NCBI GenBank assembly: GCA_947649365.1
Contig: CANSRH010000003.1
Coordinates: forward strand, 12,036-76,035
Length of the DNA stretch: 64,000 nucleotides
Direction of reading: 5' to 3'
DNA from: an uncultured Mycoplasmatota bacterium
Lineage (GTDB): Bacteria > Bacillota_I > Bacilli_A > RF39 > UBA660
In this document: in pieces, positions 39,536 through 50,620 of the stretch
Layout of the letters: each line of letters starts with the position of its first letter
Numbering within the stretch: the stretch's first letter is position 1
Made by a program: the position numbers and the translations under genes
Notes under the pieces: generated by a model
The model's database searches: none
The model's input: the letters and a program-made list of their open reading frames with translations, nothing else
Told to the model about the DNA's origin: nothing

Positions 39536-39766
39536 AGGAAACCTTCCTTTTTGCTCTCTACTTTAACACGAAAAAAGCCATTCTATTCTTAGAATCGCTC
39601 GACAAAATTTTTACTTATCCCCCTAAATATGTATTTTTTATTTTTTCTTGTATTTCTTTTCTAACTTTCAAATGATCAACTTTATTATTTACTTCTAATG
39701 GCACTATTGCGTCTACACTGCAAAAAGGACAAATAGCACTTTTTCTATTTCTGTCATTCTAATATT

Positions 39767-40012
39767 TTATATTTCCTTATGATTTTCATTTTTACTATTT
39801 ATTTCTTGGAGTTCAAATCTATATTTTTGACCATTTTTATTTACTTCACTTAAAAATTCTTCATAAGGTCTGCACCATAGTTTCCCATCTTCGTATAGTG
39901 CTCTATAAGCTACCATTTTTTCGCAGTTTTCGCTGTTATAAATAATATCTTCTACAAGATATAAATCTCCGCTATAATGTTTATAGATTCCTTTTATTTT
40001 TAATTCTCTCAT
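39767..40012 (-). CDS. DUF1653 family protein
   Basis: YKHYSGDLYLVEDII...MVAYRALYEDGKLWCRPYEEF. Confidence 0.55.
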   Translation of the reverse strand: MRELKIKGIYKHYSGDLYLVEDIIYNSENCEKMVAYRALYEDGKLWCRPYEEFLSEVNKNGQKYRFELQEINSKNENHKEI

Positions 40013-40024
40013 TTTCTTTTCTCC

Positions 40025-40486
40025 TTATTTTATTTCTTTTGAATAAGCAATATTTTTTACTTTCATCCCAAATTTTTCATAGGTTTTTATGGCATTTCTA
40101 TTTTCTTCATTGACAGTTAAATAAATATCTGTACAATTCTCTTCCTTAGCATATTCTTCTATAAATTCTAATAAGGACGTTCCTATCCCTTTTCCACGAT
40201 AATTTTTATCTACGCACATTGCATCAATGGATAGTTGTTTTCTAAAACGCATGATAGAATTTGCTTTTTCTACAATACTAAACGTTACATAGCCAACTAT
40301 TTTAGTTTCTATTTTGGCAACAAAGATGTTTTTTTCTTCTATCAAACCCTCGAATCTTTCTTTAGGAATGACTTCTTTGGTTGGAAAAAATAAGTCTGGT
40401 CGCCAGTTCACATGAAGTTCATGAACTTGACAAGCTAAACTATTTACTTGTTCATAATCATTTATACTTGGAATTTCTATTTTCAC
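40025..40486 (-). CDS. GNAT family N-acetyltransferase
   Basis: DKNYRGKGIGTSLLEFIEEYAK. Confidence 0.65.
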   Translation of the reverse strand: MKIEIPSINDYEQVNSLACQVHELHVNWRPDLFFPTKEVIPKERFEGLIEEKNIFVAKIETKIVGYVTFSIVEKANSIMRFRKQLSIDAMCVDKNYRGKGIGTSLLEFIEEYAKEENCTDIYLTVNEENRNAIKTYEKFGMKVKNIAYSKEIK

Positions 40487-40550
40487 TTTAATTCTCTTCC
40501 TTTTCTAACAAAATCATACCATAAATAAAAAAAATCTAGAAGTTATTCTT

Positions 40551-40949
40551 CTAAACTAATTTTTTTACATTATTGTATTCGCTTTCTGTTATCTTATAAA
40601 TTCCATTGTAAGGTTGTTCGATATAAAAATGGTTGTTTTTTTGATAAAGAAATATTGTAGAAACTCCTTTTTCTATAAAGTGAAAATCTATTTTTAATTT
40701 TTCTTTTGTATTTACAGGACTATCTTGAATGCTTTTTTCTTTGGTTGTTCTTTTTTTATTTAGTTGGTTTAGTATTTCACTCATCGTTTTTTTGTTTGTT
40801 ATTTCTTTTTGGTTTATGGTTATCTTTTCTAGCTTTTCTACTTCTGGTAAATGAAGTGTATATTTGGGTTTGTTTTTTAAATCGTTCCAACAAATGCCAC
40901 TTAATAATAGACAACTCATTGCTAGAACGAACATGGTTCTTTTTTTCAT
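40551..40949 (-). CDS. hypothetical lipoprotein
   Basis: signal peptide with LLSGICW. Confidence 0.4.
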   Translation of the reverse strand: MKKRTMFVLAMSCLLLSGICWNDLKNKPKYTLHLPEVEKLEKITINQKEITNKKTMSEILNQLNKKRTTKEKSIQDSPVNTKEKLKIDFHFIEKGVSTIFLYQKNNHFYIEQPYNGIYKITESEYNNVKKLV

Positions 40950-40978
40950 TTTTCCTCTCTTTCTTTTTGTTAATACAA

Positions 40979-43042
40979 TTATTTTTCTTTACAAATCGTT
41001 TTACTACAGAAATAGGTAATTAAGAAATATCCACCATAAATGGCACTTAAGAAAATAGCTGTTAAAATGATGGATGGTAAAAGTTCATCGTTTCCAAAGA
41101 TGGATAGTAGGAAGTTACAAAACTGAATTCCAAATATAGAATGAATGCATGCAATTCCTAATGGGAATAAGAAAAAAATAGCAATTTGATAAAATAAAGC
41201 TTTGTTTAACATAGTTTCATCCGCACCAATGCTTCTTAATCGATTCCATCTATTTTTGTTGTCTGTTGATTCTGCTAGTTCTTTTAAAGCCAAAATGGCT
41301 GCACTGGAGATTAGGAAAATGATTCCTAGGTAAAGACCGATAAAGGTGACTAATGCTCCAAGTCCTATACTTGATTCATAAATGGATTGTTTGGTGGAGA
41401 TACTTAAACTGGTTTGCTTTTTATAAGAATGTGTTTCTATTTCTTCTACTAGGTATTTTTCTAACTTTTCTTTTTCTTCTGTTGTTCCTTTGTAGTTCGC
41501 TGTTATTACACTTTCTTTTTTTATGGTATCGTCTAAAGCTTCGTCAGGTACTATAAAGAATCCTATATTGGCATGGGTTGTGTTCATGAATAGAAATCCT
41601 GGTTGGATATCTTGATATTTCGGTTGGTATGTTTTTCCTAGTAAAGTAATGTTCGTGTTTCGTTTTAAGGCTTCCTTCCTCATTTCTAAAAATTCTTTGT
41701 AATCAGCTACTAAAATATATTCGTTTTTTTGTAAAGTATATTCTTCTAAATGAAATAGTCTTGCTAAATGGTTGTAATCGCTTAGTTTTATAAATATTTC
41801 TTCTGAATTGTAATCCATCATTGGATATTTTTTTATGACTTCTTCATAATAAGTACCTAGTGTATTTTTGATTTGGACTTCTTCTGTTCCATATAAATCA
41901 AATGCTACGATGTCTGTCAATTGCTCTTTTATAGGAAAAGAAAATTGATTAAGAGTGTATTCTAATGATTGCCTGGAGTCTTCTATCATGTTGTTTGTTA
42001 AATACCAAGTATTTTCTACTTGTTCTTCATTTAAGTTTAATCGTTTTACTATTTGAATGTCTGCGGGAACTAGAGTTTTTAAGTTGGCTGTCATGGAATT
42101 TTTTATGGATAAGGAAGAGGATAGTACGCAAATGGTTACAAATAACATTAAACAGATGATGGTCATTGACATGACTGTGGTATTGATTTTGCTACTGATT
42201 TGACGTAATACAAAACAATTTAGTCCGTGATAATAGATTTTCTTGAAGTGCATAATTATTCGTAATAATAGACCTGATAGCGACCAAAATAAAAGAAATG
42301 TTCCTATACTTCCCATGGCAATGGGTTTTATGATTTGACTTGCATCCGCTAATTCTGTTATTCCTCCAGTTACTAGATAATAAGCTCTTCCGAGTAGTAA
42401 AATGGAAAGTAGAAAGATTAGAGTGCAAAGGATTGGATTTTTTAAATGTATTTTTTCACTTTTTTGATTTCCATGAAGTAAGTCTATCAGTTTGTACCGA
42501 TTGATACTCCATGTATTGAATAGCATTACTAAAAGGTACATCATTCCAAAATAAACTAAAGTTTTTAAACATGCACTTTTGGAGAAAGTAAAGGCAAATT
42601 TTGTTAGGTTTGCTTCAAACATGTTTGCTACTAATAAACTCATTAGTTGTGATAATAGTATTCCTAGCCCCAGTCCTACTACTAATGATAATATTCCTAT
42701 GCTTAAGGTTTCTAAAAATAGTATCATGGCAATTTTTCTTTTGCTCATTCCAAGGGTTAGATAGATACCAAATTCTTTGTTTCTTCTTTTGATTAAGAAT
42801 CGAGAGGCATAAATGATTAAAAATCCTAATATGAAGGAAACCAATACGCTTACTCCTGATAGCGTGTTGGTCATGAGTTTTATGATATCCCTTGTTGATG
42901 AGGAGATATCCATCATTACCGTTTGACTATCTATAGCATTGAATACATAAAATATGGCAACTCCTAAAATTAAAGTGAAGAAATAGATGGCGTAGTCTTT
43001 TATACTTTTTTTGATGTTTTTTAAAGATAATTTACAAAGCAT
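40979..43042 (-). CDS. FtsX-domain ABC transporter permease (BceB-like, 10 TM with large extracellular loop)
   Basis: 687 aa; two FtsX-like 4-TM modules separated by an extracellular domain of about 220 aa. Confidence 0.7.
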   Translation of the reverse strand: MLCKLSLKNIKKSIKDYAIYFFTLILGVAIFYVFNAIDSQTVMMDISSSTRDIIKLMTNTLSGVSVLVSFILGFLIIYASRFLIKRRNKEFGIYLTLGMSKRKIAMILFLETLSIGILSLVVGLGLGILLSQLMSLLVANMFEANLTKFAFTFSKSACLKTLVYFGMMYLLVMLFNTWSINRYKLIDLLHGNQKSEKIHLKNPILCTLIFLLSILLLGRAYYLVTGGITELADASQIIKPIAMGSIGTFLLFWSLSGLLLRIIMHFKKIYYHGLNCFVLRQISSKINTTVMSMTIICLMLFVTICVLSSSLSIKNSMTANLKTLVPADIQIVKRLNLNEEQVENTWYLTNNMIEDSRQSLEYTLNQFSFPIKEQLTDIVAFDLYGTEEVQIKNTLGTYYEEVIKKYPMMDYNSEEIFIKLSDYNHLARLFHLEEYTLQKNEYILVADYKEFLEMRKEALKRNTNITLLGKTYQPKYQDIQPGFLFMNTTHANIGFFIVPDEALDDTIKKESVITANYKGTTEEKEKLEKYLVEEIETHSYKKQTSLSISTKQSIYESSIGLGALVTFIGLYLGIIFLISSAAILALKELAESTDNKNRWNRLRSIGADETMLNKALFYQIAIFFLFPLGIACIHSIFGIQFCNFLLSIFGNDELLPSIILTAIFLSAIYGGYFLITYFCSKTICKEK

Positions 43043-43799
43043 CGGAATAGTCTCCTCCTAAAAGGGTGACCACATCAATAATTTTGTCAAAAAATTCTTT
43101 TCGTGAATCGTTTCCTTTATGAATTTCATTGAATATTTTGCCATCTTTTATGAATATGACACGAGTTGCATAGGATGCTGTGAATGCATCATGTGTTACC
43201 ATTAGAATGGTTGCTTTTAATTCTTCATTTAGATAATTGAATCTTTCTAGAAGCATTCTTGCTGATTTGGAGTCTAATGCTCCTGTTGGTTCGTCTGCAA
43301 GGATGAGTTTTGGATTGGTGATGATTGCTCTTGCAGAGGAGACACGCTGTTTTTGTCCTCCACTCATTTGATAAGGATATTTGTTTAAGACCATTTCAAT
43401 GTCTAATTGTTTTGCTACTTTGTTTACTTTTTGTTCAATTACTTTTATAGTTTCATTTTGTATGGTGAGGGCAAGTGCAATGTTTTCATAAGCTGTTAGA
43501 GTATCTAATAAATTGAAGTCTTGAAAGATAAACCCTAATTCTTCTCTTCTAAATTTGTTTAGAGCATTCCCTTTTAATTTTGTTATGTCTTCCTCCCCTA
43601 CAAAAATATGACCACTTGTTACTTTATCGATGGTGGATATACAATTTAAAAGTGTTGTTTTTCCAGAACCCGATGCTCCCATAATGGCAACAAATTCTCC
43701 TTTTTCTACTTCTAAGGAAATGTTGTCAATTGCTTTTGTTAAGGAGGAACGACTCCCATAGTATTTTTCTATTTTTTCTACTTTTAAAATATTTTCCAT
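43032..43799 (-). CDS. ABC transporter ATP-binding protein (BceA-like)
   Basis: [25 protein letters not shown]. Confidence 0.85.
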   Translation of the reverse strand: MENILKVEKIEKYYGSRSSLTKAIDNISLEVEKGEFVAIMGASGSGKTTLLNCISTIDKVTSGHIFVGEEDITKLKGNALNKFRREELGFIFQDFNLLDTLTAYENIALALTIQNETIKVIEQKVNKVAKQLDIEMVLNKYPYQMSGGQKQRVSSARAIITNPKLILADEPTGALDSKSARMLLERFNYLNEELKATILMVTHDAFTASYATRVIFIKDGKIFNEIHKGNDSRKEFFDKIIDVVTLLGGDYSDAL

Positions 43800-43873
43800 A
43801 AAAATATTTCTCCTTTCGTTTTTTATGATAGAAGAAATTTGTTTTTTTGTCGTTGTTTTTTTCTTACTTTTTC

Positions 43874-43887
43874 TTACATTTTTGTAA
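43874..43887. promoter_or_regulatory. candidate BceR-type response-regulator binding site TTACA-N4-TGTAA upstream of the ABC transporter genes
   Basis: TTACATTTTTGTAA palindrome about 75 bp upstream of the ATPase start; resembles the reported TNACA-N4-TGTAA motif of Bce-like modules (recalled, not verified). Confidence 0.4.
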
Positions 43888-43889
43888 GG

Positions 43890-44909
43890 TTATTTGATTA
43901 CTTCATAGTATTTATTTTTGTAAAATGTTATTGTCACTTTTGTAAATTCTTTTTCTTTAGAGGTGATTTCAATGCTGTGTCCTAATTTGTTACAGAGATT
44001 TTTGGCGATGAATAACCCCATGCCTGTCGATTTCTGTTTTTTACGACCATTTTCACCAGTGAAGGATTTTTCAAAGACTCGTTTTAAGTCACTTTCTTTT
44101 ATTCCAATTCCATTGTCTATTATGCTTAGAGTTATTTTTTCGTCTTCTTCTTCGGTGATTAGTTTGATTACGGACTTACCATTTTCTTTTTTGTATTTGA
44201 TACTATTGTTTACTATTTGATTTAAAATAAATAGCAGCCATTTGGCATCTGTGTATACGAAACTATTCTCCATATTTACTTGTAAGTCTATTTTGTTTTC
44301 TAATAAATCATCTTTGTTTTTTAGGGCTACATTCCCAATAATGGTATTTAGGTCGTATTCTTTTATTAAATAGTCCACCGAAGCAGTTTCACTTCGAACA
44401 TAATACAATACTTGTTCTACATAATCTTCTAAACGTCTTAATTGTTCTAATGTCTTTTTGTCTGCGTTAAGTTTTTGATTGTGCGTCATTAAGGTTAAGG
44501 AGGCAATGGGGATTTTTACTTCGTGAATCCACATTTCAATGTATTCTTTGAAATCATTTGTTTGTTCTTCTTTTTGTTTCATTAATTCTCCTAAGGATTT
44601 ATTGATTTCGTAAAGTGCTTCTACTAATAGTTCTCCTTCGTAAAAGTTCGGGGATGTTATTGTTTCTAAAACAAGATAAGCTTTTTCAAGATTTTGAATA
44701 TTTTCTAAAAGCGTTTGGTAAAAGTTTTTCTTTCTTGTATAATCTATTATTAAGTTACTACTTACAAAAAAAATTTGTAAGCTAGCTAGTACAAAAATTA
44801 AACTTTTGTCAATTTTAAAAGCAAATAATAAGAGTAAAGAAATTGTGAAGGTTCCTACAAATAGGAATAAAACATATCGTTTGTCTAATAAAAAAGCTTT
44901 TGGTTTCAT
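43890..44909 (-). CDS. intramembrane-sensing histidine kinase (BceS-like)
   Basis: two N-terminal TM with minimal loop, H-box EMWIHEVKIPIASL, ATPase G-boxes (IDNGIGI, GMGLFIAKNL). Confidence 0.8.
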   Translation of the reverse strand: MKPKAFLLDKRYVLFLFVGTFTISLLLLFAFKIDKSLIFVLASLQIFFVSSNLIIDYTRKKNFYQTLLENIQNLEKAYLVLETITSPNFYEGELLVEALYEINKSLGELMKQKEEQTNDFKEYIEMWIHEVKIPIASLTLMTHNQKLNADKKTLEQLRRLEDYVEQVLYYVRSETASVDYLIKEYDLNTIIGNVALKNKDDLLENKIDLQVNMENSFVYTDAKWLLFILNQIVNNSIKYKKENGKSVIKLITEEEDEKITLSIIDNGIGIKESDLKRVFEKSFTGENGRKKQKSTGMGLFIAKNLCNKLGHSIEITSKEKEFTKVTITFYKNKYYEVIK

Positions 44910-45568
44910 GTTAGCAGGTACCCTATTCCTTTTCTAGTTTCTATGGCATCTTTTAATCCTATCGTTTCTAGTTTGTTTCTTAGTCTACTTATGTTTACAG
45001 TGAGTGCATTGTCATTGATGTATTCATTACTATTCCAAAGCGTTGTCATGAGTTCATCACGAGTGACTATTCGATTTCGGTTGGATAAAAGATAGTTTAG
45101 GATAATCATTTCATTTTTGGTTAAAATGATTTCTTTTTCTCCCTTTTTTATTAGACCTTTTTCTTTGTATATTATAATATTTTTGTATTGTGTTGTGTCA
45201 CTTTTGTTTTCCATTCGTTTAAAAATGGCCCCAATTCTTAGAAGTAAAATGGTAGGATGGTATGGTTTTGTGATGTAATCGTCTGCTCCATAAGACATGG
45301 ATAATACTTCGTCGATTTCAGAGGATTTACTGGTGAGCATAATGACTGGTGTTTCTTTTGTTTCACGAATTTGTTTTAAAAGAATTTCTCCATTGATGTA
45401 AGGAATGTTGATGTCTAGCAATATTAAATCAGGAGAATACTCTGAAATTTCTTCTAAAGCATGTAGAAAATTGATTAGGATTTTACTTTTGTATCCTGCA
45501 TTTTCTAGTAGCTCTTGTAAATTTTCAGCAATGGTTGGGTCATCTTCTACTATCATGATTTTTTTCAT
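44906..45568 (-). CDS. OmpR-family response regulator (BceR-like)
   Basis: receiver MKKIMIVEDD...LILLDINIP; winged-helix C-terminus; 4-bp overlap with kinase gene. Confidence 0.85.
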   Translation of the reverse strand: MKKIMIVEDDPTIAENLQELLENAGYKSKILINFLHALEEISEYSPDLILLDINIPYINGEILLKQIRETKETPVIMLTSKSSEIDEVLSMSYGADDYITKPYHPTILLLRIGAIFKRMENKSDTTQYKNIIIYKEKGLIKKGEKEIILTKNEMIILNYLLSNRNRIVTRDELMTTLWNSNEYINDNALTVNISRLRNKLETIGLKDAIETRKGIGYLLT

Positions 45569-45644
45569 ATCAGATTTTCCTTTCTTTTTTATTATAGCAT
45601 GTTCCTATTTTTATTTCTTCTAAAAAGAAAAAAGTAGTTGTTTT

Positions 45645-46355
45645 CTACTTTTTTTCCCTTTTTCTTTTCCAATGATGATTTTGATTTTCTATTACTTCTT
45701 CTAATAGGATTTCTAGTTTTTCTTTTTGCGTTTTCTTGCTGTCTAAGATAGATAATTCTATTGCTCTTTCAAATAGATATTGCATCTCAGGAAATCTAGA
45801 AAATTCTTGTTTTAATTCCATTCCATCTGTTAAGTGAATGAATTCAAAATCAGTTGGGAGTAATAAATAATCGGTAAGGTTTAATTCCTCTAAACATTCA
45901 AATAAGGTATGTGTCCTATATAATTTTTTTATTTTTGGGTAGTCTCTTTTTTTTATAATTACATAATATTCTTCTTCCATGTTCAATAACATTTTTTTTA
46001 CCCATTTTGCTTTGTATTTTTTTCCTTGAACTTCTTTTCCATAATCTTGATAAAAAATAGGTTTTACTATCGGTTGGTGTTGTGTTCTTTTTAAAAATTC
46101 TATAAGAAAGAAAAGAAAATCATTCATAGAAAATGTTGTATTTTTATCAATAAATTCTTGTTTTTGTTTAATGGTTTCTTTTAGTGCTTTTAAAGCTATT
46201 TTTGTCTCTTGCTTTTCTTTCCTGTCACGAACCCACGAATAAGTTAGGTTCATTGCTTCTAATTTTAATTCCAAAGCGTCTTTTCTCTCTTTTTCATTTT
46301 GTAATTCTTCTTTATATGTTTTGTAACTATTTCTTTTTTCTTCTATTTCTGTCAT
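45645..46355 (-). CDS. hypothetical protein
   Basis: 236 aa, Lys/Glu-rich. Confidence 0.4.
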   Translation of the reverse strand: MTEIEEKRNSYKTYKEELQNEKERKDALELKLEAMNLTYSWVRDRKEKQETKIALKALKETIKQKQEFIDKNTTFSMNDFLFFLIEFLKRTQHQPIVKPIFYQDYGKEVQGKKYKAKWVKKMLLNMEEEYYVIIKKRDYPKIKKLYRTHTLFECLEELNLTDYLLLPTDFEFIHLTDGMELKQEFSRFPEMQYLFERAIELSILDSKKTQKEKLEILLEEVIENQNHHWKRKREKK

Positions 46356-46508
46356 ACCTATCTCCTTGTAACCTAATCATTTTAGCATTTTTTCTATAGG
46401 ATGTAAAATAGTTTTGTATCAAGAGAAAGATTTCTTTTCCTATTTGATTTTGCCACTTTTTGTGCAAGTCGAATTTTTCTTATTCTATCATCCTATATCA
46501 TTTTATTA

Positions 46509-47463
46509 TTATGAATGTTTATTATTTTTGCTAGCAATCTCATTAATTTTATTAATAGAATTTAAATATTCTTTTTCAATTGGACTTAATTCTTTTACTT
46601 GATACTTTTCATATTCTAGTTTTGCTTTTTCTATTGCTTTCTTATGACTAATACTACCTGCACTATTTAAAACATTTGCATCTAAGGAATTCAATATTTT
46701 ATCTAGTTGATTCATATAATCTTTCATTCTCATTGGTTTATGTTTCATTGCTTGAAATTCAGCAAAGTCAAAATAGCCTGAAACTAAATTGTTTAACATC
46801 AAAAGTTCTTCCTCGGTCAAATAGTTTTTAGCAACTTCTATGTCATTTATACTTGGTAACTCTCCTTAGTAAGTCCCATAAAAGGTTTATTTGAATCGGC
46901 ACGATTATAAATCACTTCTGCTGCAGTATTACCATGTGCCGCGAAGTGAAACTTGTTTTGGACTATCTTAAAAAATTTTATTGTTTCTTCAGCTTTTGGA
47001 TTATAATCAATAGCAGTAGCATATAAATCAAGAACTTGTCTATATAAAACTTTTTCACTTGATCTTATATCTTTAATACGATTTAAAAGCTCATAAAAAT
47101 ATTTTCCACCACCAAGATTTTTAAGGCGTTCATCATCCATAGTATATCCTTTAATAATATATTCTTTAATTCTTGCAGTTGCCCATTTCCTAAATCTTAC
47201 CCCTTCTAAAGATTTAACTCTATAACCAACACTTATTACAACATCTAAATTATAATAGGAAACAAGTTGTTTTCTCTATCTAATTCTCCATCAACAAATA
47301 CATTGCGTATATGTTTTCTAATAACTTTTTCATCTCTGTTAAAAATTAACGACATTTGATTGGCTGTTAACCAAACTGTTTCATTTTCTAAATTGACATC
47401 TAGCTTGATACTTCCATCTTTTGATTCATATATTATTAATTCTGGACTACTTTTTTCTATCAT
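46509..47463 (-). pseudogene. RhuM-family virulence-related protein gene, broken into three ORF fragments
   Basis: N-terminal fragment (IIYESKDGSIKLDVNLENETVWLTANQMSLIF), middle (DDERLKN..KYFYELL..IKDIRSSEKVLYRQVLDLYATAIDY) and C-terminal fragment lie in different frames with intervening stops. Confidence 0.55.
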
Positions 47464-47847
47464 TTCATTTGTTCCTTTCTTTTATAACTTAATTATATTT
47501 TAGTTAATAATTCCAATTGATATTATAAGGATTCCAAAAATAGTGTGACTTAAAATCATACTAAATTAATTATAATCTTTTCTATATAATTGATACCAAA
47601 TAATTAACAATTCTTGAATTGAACATGATATAAAAATACAAAATAATATTCTTTTATTAGAAATAAATTTATTATAAGGTGAAAGTTTAACTTCTACAAT
47701 AAGAATTACACAAATCAAAATAAATGATAAATTTCTTCTTACTGACTTAATTAAATTTTTTAGTAAGTCCTAGATAATCAATTCGGAATTTCAAATAATT
47801 TTAGTAATACAACAGTTAAAATCCAATAATAGTTAAAAGCTAAAATG
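47464..47847. other. non-coding segment even more AT-rich than the rest of the window (visual estimate about 20% GC)
   Basis: no ORF; between RhuM pseudogene and rlmD-like gene. Confidence 0.5.
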
Positions 47848-49047
47848 CTATCGTCTTTCTAACAGACAAAAACTTTCTACATGATACGTATAACTAAACA
47901 TATCCAATATGATAAATTTTTTTATTTCATAATGATTGATTAATTCTTTTAAGTCTCTTGCTAGTGTTAAAGGGTCACAAGAAATATAAATCACTTTTTT
48001 TACTTTGCTCTTTCCAATTAAATTTCTAGAATTCTTGTCTAATCCTTTTCTTGGAGGATCAATGATTATCGTATCAAAATTGTCTTTTATTTTTGGAAGA
48101 TTTTTCTCAACCTCTCCCAACATGGGATAAATGTTTTCTCTTTTGTTTAATTTTTTATTTTCTAAATTGTCTAAAATGGCATTTTTAATTATTTCAAGAC
48201 TATAAACTTTGCTTGCTTTTTTACTTGCTACTATTCCTAATGTCCCAACTCCTGCATATAAATCCAATACTATACTCTTCTCTTCTATATTTTCTTCTAT
48301 TAATGAAAACAACTTATTTGCTATATAAGGATTGATTTGAAAGAAAGCATCATAACTTACTTTGAATAAAAAGCCATTCATTCTTTCATAAAAGAAATTG
48401 TTTCCATAGATGGTTTTGTTATTTACAATTACTCCCACTACTTTTTGGTCTTTCCACTCTTCTTCTTTAAATTTTACTTGTTCTTTTGTTTCTATTACAA
48501 GTAAAATTTCTTCATTGTAATTTGCCCGAATGGTTAGATACCCGTTTTTGATTCCTAATTTTCTTATTTTTTCTAGACATTGATTGATACATCCTCTTGC
48601 TAGTGCACATTCTTTTATTTCTATTAAAATATTGGTTTTCTTTTGATAAAAACCGATTCGCCCTTCTTTTATTTTTAAAGAAAGTTTATTTCGATAATTC
48701 TTCTGTAAAGCGTTTTCTATAGTTTCTATTTTTGGATGTTGTATTTTTTCTTTTTTTAGTATATTTTCTACTTTTTCTTTTTTGTATTTCAATGTATCTT
48801 CATAAGACATATGTTCTAAATGACAACCACCACATTGTTCATAAAAAGGGCAGAAAGGAACTCTACGCTTAGGTGATTTCTGTTTGTATTCTATTACCTT
48901 TGCAATATTGTAATTTTTCTTTTCTTCTAATATTTCACAAAGAACAATTTCATTTTGTAAAGCGTTTGATAGAAACGTTACTTTATTTTCTATGTAACCA
49001 ATTCCTCTACCTTCATGATCCATTCTTTTTATTTCTACTTCATACAT
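47848..49047 (-). CDS. 23S rRNA (uracil-5-)-methyltransferase RlmD/RumA family
   Basis: TRAM-like N-terminus, Fe-S Cys cluster CPFYEQCGGCHLEHM, SAM motif LDLYAGVGT, DPPRKG. Confidence 0.7.
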   Translation of the reverse strand: MYEVEIKRMDHEGRGIGYIENKVTFLSNALQNEIVLCEILEEKKNYNIAKVIEYKQKSPKRRVPFCPFYEQCGGCHLEHMSYEDTLKYKKEKVENILKKEKIQHPKIETIENALQKNYRNKLSLKIKEGRIGFYQKKTNILIEIKECALARGCINQCLEKIRKLGIKNGYLTIRANYNEEILLVIETKEQVKFKEEEWKDQKVVGVIVNNKTIYGNNFFYERMNGFLFKVSYDAFFQINPYIANKLFSLIEENIEEKSIVLDLYAGVGTLGIVASKKASKVYSLEIIKNAILDNLENKKLNKRENIYPMLGEVEKNLPKIKDNFDTIIIDPPRKGLDKNSRNLIGKSKVKKVIYISCDPLTLARDLKELINHYEIKKFIILDMFSYTYHVESFCLLERR

Positions 49048-49183
49048 TTTAGCAACACCTATTCTATTATACTATAAATTTTTATTCTTTTTAAATAGCA
49101 TTCGTTTTCTTTTTTGAACTTACTCTTTTACTTTCTATTGTATACTTATCCATTATTTGCCAATACTAAAAATGGTGAAATTT

Positions 49184-50620
49184 ATGCAAGAAAAAATTTT
49201 GAAACAGCTTGAGGAAGAGTTTGAAAAAAATACAGACCTGATTACAAAGAAAATTGCAACAAAACATTTTGGAGATATTTACGTTATTTATTTAGAGAGT
49301 GTTACGGGTAGTGATAAGGTTAATGATTATATTTTAAAACAACTTACTTCTATTAATAATTTAAAAGATGTTAAAAAGTACAATATGAGTAGTATTATTC
49401 CAGGTCCAAATACGGTTAAAGTTACAGAACCTGACCAATTGGAGTATTATTTAACCAACGGATTTACCATTGTTCTAACGATAAAAGAAATTCTTGCTTT
49501 TGAAACGAAAGCAGATATTAATCGAAGTGTGAGTGTTCCAGAAGTACAAAAGTCGATTTATGGACCGAGTGATGCTTTTACAGAAAACATTCAAATTAAT
49601 TTAGGTCTTTTAAAACGTAGAATTAAATCTAGTCATTTAAAAAGTGAAGACTTGAATATGGGAAGAAAAACAAATACGAAGGTTCAAATTTTGTATTTTG
49701 ATGATATTACAGATATGAATATTGTTTCTATGATAAAAGAAAAATTGGATCAATTGGATATTGATGGCATTATTGATGCAGGGAATGTTGCTAATATTCT
49801 TTCTGAAGATGAGAATACTCCTTTTCCAACCATTTCTCAAAGTGAACGACCTGATGTGATTGCAACGGCACTTTTGGAGGGAAAAGTTTGTATCATGGTA
49901 GATACGTCTCCTTTTGTTTTAATTTTACCTTCTTTTTTTGCAGATTTTATTAACCCTGTGGTAGACAATTACAATCGTAACGTAAATGTCAATTTTTTGA
50001 AAATTTTACGTTTTGCTAGTTTTTTCTTTACTATGATTCTTCCTGGTTTTTATATTGCATTAGTGAATTATAATATGGAAACGATTCCTACAAGTTTGCT
50101 TGTTAATTTTGCGGCCCAGAACGATGGGGTGCCTTTTCCTACTATTATTGAAGCGATTGTTATGATTATTGTCTGTGAGATTTTGCGTGAAAGTGATTTG
50201 CGGTTTCCTAGTAGTTATGGAAGTGCCATTTCTATTCTTGGAGCTCTCGTTTTAGGAGAAGCTGCTGTTTCTGCTGGAATTGTTAGTCCAATTATGATTA
50301 TTATTATTGCTTTTACGTTTATTACTAGCCTTATTTTTACAGAACTCGAAGTCATTAATGCAATTCGTTATTTTCGATTTATCTTTTTAGTTTTGGCTGC
50401 TATGTATGGACTTTATGGTATTGCGCTTGCTCTTATTTTCTTTTTAATCCATATTACGAGTGTTAAGTCTGCTGGAAAGCCTTATTATTACCCGATTGTT
50501 CCGTTTGATTTTACTTACATTAAGAAAACTCTTTTTAAAGTAAAATATGTGAATGATACCAAACGAAGTAAATTACTTGCTCGCAAGAATCAAGTTAAGA
50601 AACAGGTGAATGAAGCATGA
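49184..50620 (+). CDS. spore germination protein, GerA/GerKA family (A subunit)
   Basis: GerA-family conserved core with C-terminal TM helices; GGTGA RBS before ATG at 49184 (ORF opens at 49157). Confidence 0.8.
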   Translation: MQEKILKQLEEEFEKNTDLITKKIATKHFGDIYVIYLESVTGSDKVNDYILKQLTSINNLKDVKKYNMSSIIPGPNTVKVTEPDQLEYYLTNGFTIVLTIKEILAFETKADINRSVSVPEVQKSIYGPSDAFTENIQINLGLLKRRIKSSHLKSEDLNMGRKTNTKVQILYFDDITDMNIVSMIKEKLDQLDIDGIIDAGNVANILSEDENTPFPTISQSERPDVIATALLEGKVCIMVDTSPFVLILPSFFADFINPVVDNYNRNVNVNFLKILRFASFFFTMILPGFYIALVNYNMETIPTSLLVNFAAQNDGVPFPTIIEAIVMIIVCEILRESDLRFPSSYGSAISILGALVLGEAAVSAGIVSPIMIIIIAFTFITSLIFTELEVINAIRYFRFIFLVLAAMYGLYGIALALIFFLIHITSVKSAGKPYYYPIVPFDFTYIKKTLFKVKYVNDTKRSKLLARKNQVKKQVNEA

